37,290 nucleotides of DNA, from assembly GCA_031414955.1 (NCBI GenBank), contig JANOQV010000109.1, positions 1 through 37,290 of the forward strand. The letters are read 5' to 3'. Each line of letters opens with the position of its first letter. Position 1 is the first letter of the stretch. This document shows, piece by piece, positions 25,775 through 33,850 of this stretch. This DNA is from Pedosphaera sp. GTDB taxonomy: Bacteria; Verrucomicrobiota; Verrucomicrobiia; Limisphaerales; SIBH01. A program made the translations under genes and the position numbers. The notes beneath the pieces were generated by a model. The model worked only from the letters and a program-made list of their open reading frames with translations. It searched no databases and was not told where the DNA came from.

Positions 25775-27571
25775 ATGAAAACATCAAAAACATTACTCAC
25801 ACTCTTCGTTTGCGTCCTCGCCTTGGCGACGGCCGCGCCTTCCGTCAAGGCGCAGAACCCGATCACGTTCAATTTCACCGGCGTCATCACTTCGGTGGAT
25901 GACGCGCTCGGCTGGTTTCAGAACACCTACGAGGTGGGGGCCACCGTCACCGGCTCCTACACATTTTTTGACTCCAACTATTTGAGAGGGGTGGATTTTT
26001 CCGATCCCGACCACTCGGTAACCTACCAGTATTACTTCAAGCCCAATTTCTTGGGCGTGCCCCTGACCAATCCGGATTTTCGGCTGAAGGCGGGAGATCG
26101 GGAGATCAAGAAAGACACCGCACCCTTTGCCTGGGATTTCTTCTGGATTCCAACTTGGAACGATTCCGCGCAGAGTTATCCTGGGGCGGGCGACGGCTAT
26201 GCAGTCACCTCCGCCATCGGCTTTCCCTCGTTCTGGCGGGACTTCACAGGTGATCCCGTCGCGGACCCGGACGGCTTTTTGTTTCCCCTGCCCATTGCGA
26301 ATCTCCGCTTGCACGATCCAACCAGCAACACGCTCAACTCGGTCGCTCTGCCGCTCATGCCGCCCAATCTCGCCGCGTTCTCTGAGCGTTCTGGTTCGAT
26401 CTTCATCTCGGACGGCAACGGCGAACCCGACTACGCGACCGCCAAGTTCCGCATCACCTCGTTGACGCGTGCCTGTCCCGTCGTTGAGACCTTCGCGACG
26501 GGCCTGCTCGCGCCCAGCAAAATCATCCAGACCCCGCGCGGCAACTTCATCGTCGCCGAAGGCGGACCGGAAGTGCCGAACAACGGCCGCGTCTCCATCG
26601 TGGACAAGCACGGCAATCGGCGAACGCTCATTGAAGGTCTGCCGTCCGCCCGGACCTTCGTCGGGGATTTCAACGGCACGACCGGAGTCTGGCTGGACGG
26701 ACGGACGCTCTACATCCTGAACGGCCAGGGCGATGTCACGCTACGGGGTCCACTCCCCGGCACCGAGATGGCCAATCCCACGCCCGCGTCGCCGATCTTC
26801 AGCTCAGTGCTGGCGGTTCACTTCAGCGAGTCGATGGAGGAGAAGACCACCGGTGTCACGCTCACGCTGGCGGATCATCAGGCTTTGAAAGCCGGCCAGC
26901 GGCTGACCCGGTCGGATGCCAAGGGGCGCAAGATGATCATCGAACTCATTGCCGACTTCCCCGACTACGCGCCCGAGCCGCGCCCGAACTTCGCGGACAA
27001 TGTCCGTCACTCGCATCCCTACGGCGTGGTGGGCCAGGGGCGGCAGCTCTACATCGTGGACGCCGGATGGAACATCGTGCGCAAGGTGGATGTCCGCCGT
27101 GGCACGACAGAAACCCTGGCGAGCTTCGCGCCCACGCCCAATCCGCGATTCCCGGTTGGCCCGCCCGTCCTCGAGAATGTGCCCACGAGCATCCGCTGGG
27201 ACGGCCACGACTTGCTGGTGACGTTGCTTAGCGGCGCGCCGTTCTTTCTCCCAAGTTACTCCACGGTCCAACAGGTGGACCCGCGCACAGGCGAGATCAC
27301 GCCGTTGGTTGGTGGATTGTCCTCGGCCATCGATGCGACGCCGATCAAATCTCACGGTGATGACGAGGGCTATCTGACCCTCGAATTCAACCTGACATTC
27401 CCGACGTCCGGTCCAGGGCGGCTTCAGTTTTTCCGTACCGCCAACGCGACCCCGGCCGTGCTGGCGGATTGCCTCACGACCCCGACCAGCATGGTCCTGG
27501 ATCGCAAGGGTGACCGGGTGGTGATCACGGAGTTGGCCACCGGCCGGCTGGTCACACTGAAGTTCCCGTGA
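25775..27571 (+). CDS. Secreted two-domain protein: N-terminal beta-rich domain plus ScyD/ScyE-like beta-propeller (598 aa)
   Basis: Signal peptide MKTSKTLLTLFVCVLALATAAPSVKA; C-terminal FATGLLAP...VAEGG...LIEGLPS...SHPYGV...LYIVDAGWN...VPTSIR...LLVTLLSGAPF resembles the ScyD/ScyE family. Confidence 0.75.
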   Translation: MKTSKTLLTLFVCVLALATAAPSVKAQNPITFNFTGVITSVDDALGWFQNTYEVGATVTGSYTFFDSNYLRGVDFSDPDHSVTYQYYFKPNFLGVPLTNPDFRLKAGDREIKKDTAPFAWDFFWIPTWNDSAQSYPGAGDGYAVTSAIGFPSFWRDFTGDPVADPDGFLFPLPIANLRLHDPTSNTLNSVALPLMPPNLAAFSERSGSIFISDGNGEPDYATAKFRITSLTRACPVVETFATGLLAPSKIIQTPRGNFIVAEGGPEVPNNGRVSIVDKHGNRRTLIEGLPSARTFVGDFNGTTGVWLDGRTLYILNGQGDVTLRGPLPGTEMANPTPASPIFSSVLAVHFSESMEEKTTGVTLTLADHQALKAGQRLTRSDAKGRKMIIELIADFPDYAPEPRPNFADNVRHSHPYGVVGQGRQLYIVDAGWNIVRKVDVRRGTTETLASFAPTPNPRFPVGPPVLENVPTSIRWDGHDLLVTLLSGAPFFLPSYSTVQQVDPRTGEITPLVGGLSSAIDATPIKSHGDDEGYLTLEFNLTFPTSGPGRLQFFRTANATPAVLADCLTTPTSMVLDRKGDRVVITELATGRLVTLKFP

Positions 27572-27584
27572 GTTGATAAAACGC

Positions 27585-27614
27585 AACGCCGCCGGCCTTG
27601 CGCCGGCGGCGTTT
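27585..27614 (+). terminator. Intrinsic terminator-like hairpin
   Basis: AACGCCGCCGGC-CTTGC-GCCGGCGGCGTT, 12-bp perfect stem starting 14 nt after the stop; short U tract. Confidence 0.65.
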
Positions 27615-27625
27615 CACCTTGATAT

Positions 27626-27776
27626 AACACTACCGGCCTCGTGCTCGACCAAAGCCTCACCGGCACCGGCGCGTGGTCGCACGTCACCTTCCCTTACACG
27701 ACGAACGCGACAGACATCAGCCTCAGCTCTGTCCGCGCCGACGGGGAACAAATTCTACCGACTGCGCAAGCAGTAG
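27626..27776 (+). pseudogene. Frameshifted remnant of a secreted-protein C-terminal domain
   Basis: One frame gives NTTGLVLDQSLTGTGAWSHVTFPYTTNATDISLS; after a shift near 27728 another gives LSAPTGNKFYRLRKQ-stop. The ending resembles the giant protein's TNTQRLYRIVLRP. Confidence 0.6.
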
Positions 27777-28049
27777 CACGCAACTGCCGCTTTCGTGATT
27801 CTCCTGCGCCGGAAGCATTGACTGCCCTGGAGCGAATCGGGACTCGCGAAACTCATCCAGACGGAGTGCCCATTTAAGCTTGGAGTTTCGGTTTGGAATT
27901 TCGCGCCAGGATCGCTCCTTCACCGACACGGCCTGATTCTCGATGATGGAGTCCATCTGTTCGGGCGTGTTCTGGCTCGTGGAGAGCGAACGGAAACCGG
28001 AATTGATTTACACGCGCCACGGAGTTGTTGAACGTCACCAGCAATCGAA

Positions 28050-29216
28050 TTGCCCGGACCTTTGCAAACTGGAACATCACTCAAGATCGGCATCACCTGT
28101 TATCCGTCGGTGGGCGGGAGCGGCGTGCTGGCGTCGGCGTTGGGCGAGGATTTGGCGCGGCGCGGGCACGAGGTGCATTTCATCAGCTACGAGCGTCCGT
28201 TCCGCCTGTCGGCGGACGCGCCACGGCTGCATTTCCATCCGGTCGTCATCAACGATTACGATCTGTTCAAGTATCCCGACTACACGCTGCCGCTCTCGGT
28301 CAAGATGGCCGAGGTCAGCCGCGACCACCAGCTGGACGTGCTGCATGTGCATTACGCGGTGCCTCATGCGACGGCGGCGATTCTCGCGCGCGCCATGCTG
28401 CCGCCGGAGCAACAGCCGCGCGTTGTCACAACATTGCATGGGACGGATACGACGCTTCTGGGACGCGATGCCGGCTACGGGCCGGCGATTCGCCATGCGC
28501 TCAACTGCTCCGATGCGGTGACGTGCGTCTCGGCTTTCCTGAAGACCGAGACTCAGCGCCTGCTCGACTTTGCCGGGCCGATTGAAGTCATCCACAATTT
28601 TTTCGATCCGCGCCCGCCGCAACGCGCGCGGGCCGAAGTGCGACGTGAGCTGGGATTGCAAGACCACGAAGTGATGGTGCTGCACTCCTCGAATCTCCGC
28701 CCGTTGAAGCGCATCGATCTGTTGCTCGAAGCTGCGGCGCGCATCCGCCCCGCCGATTCCTTCAAGCTCGTGATTCTCGCCGGCGGAAGTTTTGCCCCGT
28801 ACGTGGAACAGGTGCGCCGCTTGGGATTGGAGAACCGCGTCCTCGTGCGCGAGAGCATCAGCGTGATCGAAGATTACCTGCAAGCCGCCGACCTCGGACT
28901 CATCACGTCGGAGACCGAGAGCTTCTGCCTGAGCATTCTGGAAGCCATGTGTTTCGCCTGCCCGAGCGTGGCCAGGAGCGTCGGCGGCATTCCCGAAGTC
29001 ATCGAGGACAACGTGAGCGGACTGCTTGTTCCTGGTGGCGACGCCGACGCGCTCGCCCGTGCCGTGGAAAGCTTGATTAAAGATCCGCCCCGTCGGGTCG
29101 CGCTGGGCCGCGCCGCGCAGCACCGCGCCCGTGAATGGTTTTCCGCCGCCGCCATTGTGCCGCGCTACGAAGCCCTTTACCGCCGGGTGATCGGCGAAGT
29201 TCAGGTTCCACGTTGA
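28050..29216 (+). CDS. bshA: N-acetyl-alpha-D-glucosaminyl L-malate synthase BshA (GT4 glycosyltransferase)
   Basis: KIGITCYPSVGGSGVLA...LARRGHEVHFISY...LFKYPDY...HVHYAVPHA...TTLHGTDTTL...HSSNLRPLKRI...SETESF, all BshA-type motifs. Start codon uncertain (TTG). Confidence 0.9.
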   Translation: MPGPLQTGTSLKIGITCYPSVGGSGVLASALGEDLARRGHEVHFISYERPFRLSADAPRLHFHPVVINDYDLFKYPDYTLPLSVKMAEVSRDHQLDVLHVHYAVPHATAAILARAMLPPEQQPRVVTTLHGTDTTLLGRDAGYGPAIRHALNCSDAVTCVSAFLKTETQRLLDFAGPIEVIHNFFDPRPPQRARAEVRRELGLQDHEVMVLHSSNLRPLKRIDLLLEAAARIRPADSFKLVILAGGSFAPYVEQVRRLGLENRVLVRESISVIEDYLQAADLGLITSETESFCLSILEAMCFACPSVARSVGGIPEVIEDNVSGLLVPGGDADALARAVESLIKDPPRRVALGRAAQHRAREWFSAAAIVPRYEALYRRVIGEVQVPR

Positions 29217-29339
29217 AGTTGAACTGATGAGCCACGTAGCGAAAGCACCGCCGATGCACCTCGCCGAGCAAGGCGTCACCCGCTTCCGATGGTTGATTGC
29301 CGTGTCAGGGTCAAGTCCCCAACCGCTTCCGAGCCGTTG

Positions 29340-29414
29340 CGTTCCCTGAAACCTGACGGGCGAGCGGGGCGTCCGTGGAGCCAAGCCATGCTTTTCAATC
29401 ACGCCCACGTTCAC
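29340..29414 (+). promoter_or_regulatory. Duplicated promoter/leader element, copy B
   Basis: 62/75 identical to 14332-14406; TGAAAC-N17-CGTCC; ATG at the same offset (29388). Confidence 0.6.
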
Positions 29415-29552
29415 GCATCTTCGATGCATGTCCGCTCATCGGTGCGGACGAGCGTTCTCCTGCCGGGTGGGTGGGTCTGGATTCTTCAAGTGTTTGTCGC
29501 GTATCCGCCAGAAGCGCATTGCGGGTCAGGCCGCAGTCCCATACAGACCTGA
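29388..29552 (+). CDS. Possible leader ORF (54 aa, begins MLFNHAHVH)
   Basis: Counterpart of 14380-14589; stop is 3 nt before the ATG at 29556. Confidence 0.25.
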   Translation: MLFNHAHVHASSMHVRSSVRTSVLLPGGWVWILQVFVAYPPEAHCGSGRSPIQT

Positions 29553-29555
29553 TTT

Positions 29556-32318
29556 ATGAAGTGGCAACTCAAGCATGGCTGGCAGCTAGAGGCTCATGAC
29601 GCGGCGGGCCGTTGGTTCGCGCGACTGGTCGCCGCCCTAGCGATTCTAGGTGGCTCTGTGTCAGGTGCTCAGGCTCCAGCGGTGGCGCAATTTCGCAAGG
29701 ACGTGCAGCCCATCCTCAAGGAGTTTTGCTACGACTGCCACGGCGACGGGGCGAAGAAAGGCGAGGTCGCGTTCGATGAATTGAAGACGGACGCGGCGCT
29801 GCTGAATCACGAACTGTGGTTGAAGGTTTTGAAGAATTCACGCGCCGGGCTGATGCCGCCGGAGAAGAAGCCGCAACCCTCGGCGGAGCAACGGCAGCAG
29901 TTGGAGAAGTGGATCAAGTTCTCGGCCTTCGGGATCGATCCGAAGAATCCTGATCCCGGTCGCGTCACGGTGCGGCGGCTCAATCGCGTCGAGTATCGGA
30001 ACACGATTCGCGATCTCATGGGCGTGGACTTCGATACGGAGAAGGAATTTCCCCAAGACGACTCGGGCCACGGCTTCGACAACATCGGCGACGTGCTGAC
30101 CATCTCGCCCATGCTGCTGGAGAAATATCTGGATGCGGCAAAGGCGATTGTTTCGAAGGCGGTGCCGGTGGTCTCGGGCGTGCCAGTGGAGGAAGTCTTG
30201 ACTGGTCGCAGCTTTCGTCCCATCGAGGCGGGCGTGTCCGGCCCGTCCGGCGGAAATAACCGCGGTCCGCAGCAGTTCACGAATGCGCTGCCGCTGTCGT
30301 ATTACCAAGCCGCCTCCGTCTCCAACACGTTTCAGGCGCCGCACGCCGGGCGCTACCAACTGCTCGTGGACGTGACCGCGAGCGAGCGGTACGTTGAGAA
30401 TCAGTTCGACTACAACAAGTGCCGGGTCGTCTTCAAAGTCGATGGACAGGAGTTGCTGCGGAAGGAATTCGTCCGCGAAGGCGGCAAGGCGTTCCACTTC
30501 GAGTTCGACCAGGAGTGGAAGGCGGGCGCGCACGAAATGACCTTCGAGCTGGAGCCGCTGACGCAAACGAATCAAATCAGGTCACTCGCATTACGGATTG
30601 ATGCCGTGACCGTGCGCGGGCCATTGGCCGAAAAGTTTTATGTCCGGCCCAAGAACTACGAGCGTTTCTTCTCCAAGGATGTTCCGAAAACCCTGACGGA
30701 GCGCCGCGCGTCTGCGCGCGAGGTGCTGGGAAGTTTTGCCCGCCAGGCATTTCGTGGCCCGGTGGATGATCAGACGGTGACGCGTCTCGTGGCGCTGGCC
30801 GAAGGCGTCTCCAGCCAGCCGAAGAAAACTTTCGAGGCCGGCCTCGCGCAGGCGATGGTGGCCGTGCTGGCGTCACCGAGATTTCTTTTCCGCGAGGAAG
30901 AAATCGAAAGTGCGGAGCATCTGGCGAAGGAGCGCGCTGCCGATGCGCTGGCGACTGGTTCTCCCTCACCCCGGCCCTCTCCCTCTGGGAGAGGGGGAAT
31001 CGCATCCAGCGCTGGAGCAAGTGGTGGCGTCTCGATTATCGCCGAGCGCGGCGATACTGGCTCCCTCTCCCCTGGGGAGAGGGCCGGGGTGAGGGGGAAC
31101 AGCGCACTCAAAATCGCCGCGACTTCACACTCCTCTGCATTTATCAGCGAATACGCCCTCGCCTCCCGCCTTTCCTACTTCCTCTGGTCGTCCAAGCCCG
31201 ACGAAGAACTGTTCCGCCTCGCCGCCGGGAAAAAACTCCGCGCCCACCTGAGCGCGCAAGTGCAGCGGATGCTCGCCGACCCGCGCGCGGAAGCCTTGAT
31301 GCAGAACTTCAGCGGGCAATGGCTCCAAGCCCGTGACATCGAGACGGTGCCGATTGATTCACGCGCCGTCCTCCAGCGCGACAGCGGCACCACGGGCAAT
31401 CAAGGCGGGGGCGGCCGGCGTCCCGGCAACTTCGGCAACTTCGGGCGCGGCCAGCGTGTGCAACTGGACGGCGAGTTGCGCAAGGCGATGCGGGAGGAAA
31501 CCGAAAGGTATTTCGGCCACATCGTCCGTGCCGACCGCAGCGTGCGCGAATTGATCGAGAGCGATTACACGTTCCTCAATGAACGGCTCGCGCGGCATTA
31601 CGGCCTGACGAATCTCGCGGTGGAGGGATCAGAAATGCGTCGGGTGAAACTGCCGCCGGACAGCGAGCGCGGCGGTGTGCTCACGCACGGCACCGTCCTC
31701 GCTGTCACGTCGAATCCGAATCGCACGTCGCCGGTGAAGCGCGGTGTCTTCATTCTCGAAAACATTCTTGGCACGCCGCCCTCGCCGCCGCCGCCGGACA
31801 TTCCGCCGCTGGAGGACGCAGGCAAAGGCGCGACGAACGTGCTGAGTCTGCGCGAGACCCTGGCCTTGCACCGCGAGCAGCCGCTGTGCAGTTCGTGCCA
31901 CAACCGCATGGACCCGCTCGGTCTTGCGCTGGAAAATTTTAATGCGCTGGGCATGTGGCGCACGCAGGAACTCAAGCAGCCCATTGACGCGGGCGGGAAA
32001 TTGATCACCGGCGAATCGTTCACCAGCATCCAGACGTTGAAGCACATCCTTGCGACCCAGCGCCACCGCGATTTCTACCACGCGCTCACCGAGAAGCTGC
32101 TCACCTACGCGCTCGGGCGCGGGCTGGAGTATTACGACGTGCAGACGGTGGACACGATTGTCGAGCGGATGGAGCGGGAGAACGGCCGCTTCTCCGCGCT
32201 GCTGATGGGCATCATCGAATCCGCGCCCTTCCAAAAAAGTCGAAACGTGGACGCGCCGGGCCACGTCGTTCCCGTGCAGCCATTGAACCAGCGCGCCGAC
32301 ATAAAAACGAAGCCATGA
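29556..32318 (+). CDS. DUF1592-family protein with planctomycete-type cytochrome c domain (DUF1587/1595/1592/1588/1585 architecture)
   Basis: CYDCHG and CSSCH heme motifs; RRLNRVEYRNTIRDL, LASPRFLFR, LASRLSYFLWS, TSPVKRG, MDPLGLALENF, LLTYALGRGL. Exact start uncertain. Confidence 0.88.
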   Translation: MKWQLKHGWQLEAHDAAGRWFARLVAALAILGGSVSGAQAPAVAQFRKDVQPILKEFCYDCHGDGAKKGEVAFDELKTDAALLNHELWLKVLKNSRAGLMPPEKKPQPSAEQRQQLEKWIKFSAFGIDPKNPDPGRVTVRRLNRVEYRNTIRDLMGVDFDTEKEFPQDDSGHGFDNIGDVLTISPMLLEKYLDAAKAIVSKAVPVVSGVPVEEVLTGRSFRPIEAGVSGPSGGNNRGPQQFTNALPLSYYQAASVSNTFQAPHAGRYQLLVDVTASERYVENQFDYNKCRVVFKVDGQELLRKEFVREGGKAFHFEFDQEWKAGAHEMTFELEPLTQTNQIRSLALRIDAVTVRGPLAEKFYVRPKNYERFFSKDVPKTLTERRASAREVLGSFARQAFRGPVDDQTVTRLVALAEGVSSQPKKTFEAGLAQAMVAVLASPRFLFREEEIESAEHLAKERAADALATGSPSPRPSPSGRGGIASSAGASGGVSIIAERGDTGSLSPGERAGVRGNSALKIAATSHSSAFISEYALASRLSYFLWSSKPDEELFRLAAGKKLRAHLSAQVQRMLADPRAEALMQNFSGQWLQARDIETVPIDSRAVLQRDSGTTGNQGGGGRRPGNFGNFGRGQRVQLDGELRKAMREETERYFGHIVRADRSVRELIESDYTFLNERLARHYGLTNLAVEGSEMRRVKLPPDSERGGVLTHGTVLAVTSNPNRTSPVKRGVFILENILGTPPSPPPPDIPPLEDAGKGATNVLSLRETLALHREQPLCSSCHNRMDPLGLALENFNALGMWRTQELKQPIDAGGKLITGESFTSIQTLKHILATQRHRDFYHALTEKLLTYALGRGLEYYDVQTVDTIVERMERENGRFSALLMGIIESAPFQKSRNVDAPGHVVPVQPLNQRADIKTKP
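30959..31099. repeat. REP pair inserted in frame in the DUF1592 gene
   Basis: TTCTCCCTCACCCCGGCCCTCTCCCTCTGGGAGAGGGGG (30959-30997) and its near reverse complement at 31061-31099; translated as SPSPRPSPSGRGG...SLSPGERAGVRG. Confidence 0.88.
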
Positions 32319-33721
32319 AGTCGAACCACCCTGCGGACGAAATTCTCGCGGCCCAGCGCGCCGCCCGCCTCAGTCGTCGCCACTTTCTGCGCGGGGTCGG
32401 CGCGTGCCTGGCGCTGCCAGCGTTCGAGTCGCTGGGCGCGTTGAAGGCGCTCGCGGCCGAGGCGAAGTCCGTCAGCAAACTCGCCGCGACCGCCAGCGGT
32501 GCGCCGCTGCGCACCGCGTTTGTTTTCTTCCCGAACGGCGCGATCCCATCCGCGTGGTGGCCGGAAGGCGAAGGGAGTGATTTCAAATTCAAGGACACGC
32601 TCTCGCCCTTGGAGGCGAGCCGGCAGCACTTGCAGGTTCTCGGCGGTCTGGATCACGTTTGCGCCAACGGCGGGCCGGATGGCGGCGGCGATCACGCGCG
32701 CGGCAACGGCGTGTTCCTGACCGGCGTGCGGCTGAACAAGAGCGCGACGGATGTGCGCGCCGGAGTGTCCATTGACCAGGCCATTGCCAAACAGGTCGGA
32801 CATCTCACGCGGCTGCCTTCGTTGGAACTGACTTGCGACAGCAAGCGGCAGTCGTCCGGCTGCGATTCAGGCTATTCCTGCGCCTACCAGTACAACATCT
32901 CGTGGAGTTCACCGAACACGCCGGTGACGGCGGAATCCAATCCGCGCCTCGTCTTCGAGCGGCTCTTCGGCACGGGCGCGCCCGGCGAGCGCAACGAAAA
33001 CGCCCGGCGCCGCCAGCAGGAGCAGCGTTCGGTTTTGGATTTCGTCCTCGAAGACGCGCGCGCCATGCAGCGCCGGCTCAATGCGCGCGACCAGGACAAG
33101 CTCGATCAATACCTGACCAGCGTGCGCGCCATCGAGACGCGCATCCAGCAGGCCGAACGATTCGGGCAGGTCAAAGACCCCGGCGTCGAGACGCCGGCGG
33201 GCATCCCGGAAGCCCACGCCGATTACATCCAGCTCATGTACGACATGATGGCGATGGCGTTTCAAACGGACTCCACGCGCGTGGCCTCGTTTGCCCTGGC
33301 GCACGACGGCGACAACCGCTCCTTCTCACACCTGGGAATTTCCGAAGGGCACCACGACATCTCGCACCATCAAAACCGCGAGGACCGCATCCAGAAGCTG
33401 GTGCAGATCGATCAGTTCTACGTGCAGCAGTTCGCGAAGTTTTTGCAGAAACTGCAAAGCACGAAGGACGTGGACGGCCAGTCGCTGCTGCACAACTCGA
33501 TGATTGTCTATGGCGGCTGCAACGCCGACAGCAACCGCCACACGCACACCAACCTCTCGCTGCTGCTGGCCGGTGCGGGCGGCGGCGCGCTCACGCCCGG
33601 CCGCTACGTGAAGCACGGCTCCAAGCCCACGACCAACCTGTTCCTCAGCCTGGCCGACCGCATGGGCGTGCAGGGCCTGGAACGCTTTGGCGATTCGACG
33701 GGGCGGCTGGGGAATGTTTGA
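32315..33721 (+). CDS. DUF1552-family protein with Tat-like signal
   Basis: LSRRHFLRGVGACLALPAFES, FFPNG, GGGDHARG, SIDQAIA, CDSGYSCAY, NPRLVFERLFG, AFQTDSTRV, HHDISHH, FGDSTG; ATGA-coupled to the DUF1592 gene, its usual partner. Confidence 0.9.
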   Translation: MKSNHPADEILAAQRAARLSRRHFLRGVGACLALPAFESLGALKALAAEAKSVSKLAATASGAPLRTAFVFFPNGAIPSAWWPEGEGSDFKFKDTLSPLEASRQHLQVLGGLDHVCANGGPDGGGDHARGNGVFLTGVRLNKSATDVRAGVSIDQAIAKQVGHLTRLPSLELTCDSKRQSSGCDSGYSCAYQYNISWSSPNTPVTAESNPRLVFERLFGTGAPGERNENARRRQQEQRSVLDFVLEDARAMQRRLNARDQDKLDQYLTSVRAIETRIQQAERFGQVKDPGVETPAGIPEAHADYIQLMYDMMAMAFQTDSTRVASFALAHDGDNRSFSHLGISEGHHDISHHQNREDRIQKLVQIDQFYVQQFAKFLQKLQSTKDVDGQSLLHNSMIVYGGCNADSNRHTHTNLSLLLAGAGGGALTPGRYVKHGSKPTTNLFLSLADRMGVQGLERFGDSTGRLGNV

Positions 33722-33722
33722 A

Positions 33723-33850
33723 GGAGCGCGGACCGCCGAGTCCGCACGTCCCAAAATTTTCAACCACGGATGGACACCGATGCACACGGATGAAATGGCC
33801 GCAGAGAACGCAGAGAATTAAACCGCTGATGGACGCTAATTCACGCTGAT
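33723..33850. repeat. Cluster of short repeats between convergent genes
   Basis: GCGGAC-CGCCGA-GTCCGC hairpin in 33723-33751; degenerate 9-10-nt period units CACGGATGGA/CACCGATGCA/CACGGAT, CGCAGAGAA twice, CGCTGATGGA/CGCTAATTCA/CGCTGAT. Confidence 0.7.

Noticed and set aside
25775..27571. Scytonemin biosynthesis
   Set aside because: Only a ScyD/ScyE-like propeller is present; no scyABC or aromatic pathway genes, and the fold is widespread.
28050..29216. Mycothiol (mshA) or generic LPS glycosyltransferase
   Set aside because: The ITCYPSVGGSG, HVHYAVPHA and TTLHGTD motifs plus bshB1/bshC context fit BshA better.
33723..33850. Possible CRISPR array
   Set aside because: Units are 9-10 nt, degenerate and lack unique spacers; no cas genes in the window.
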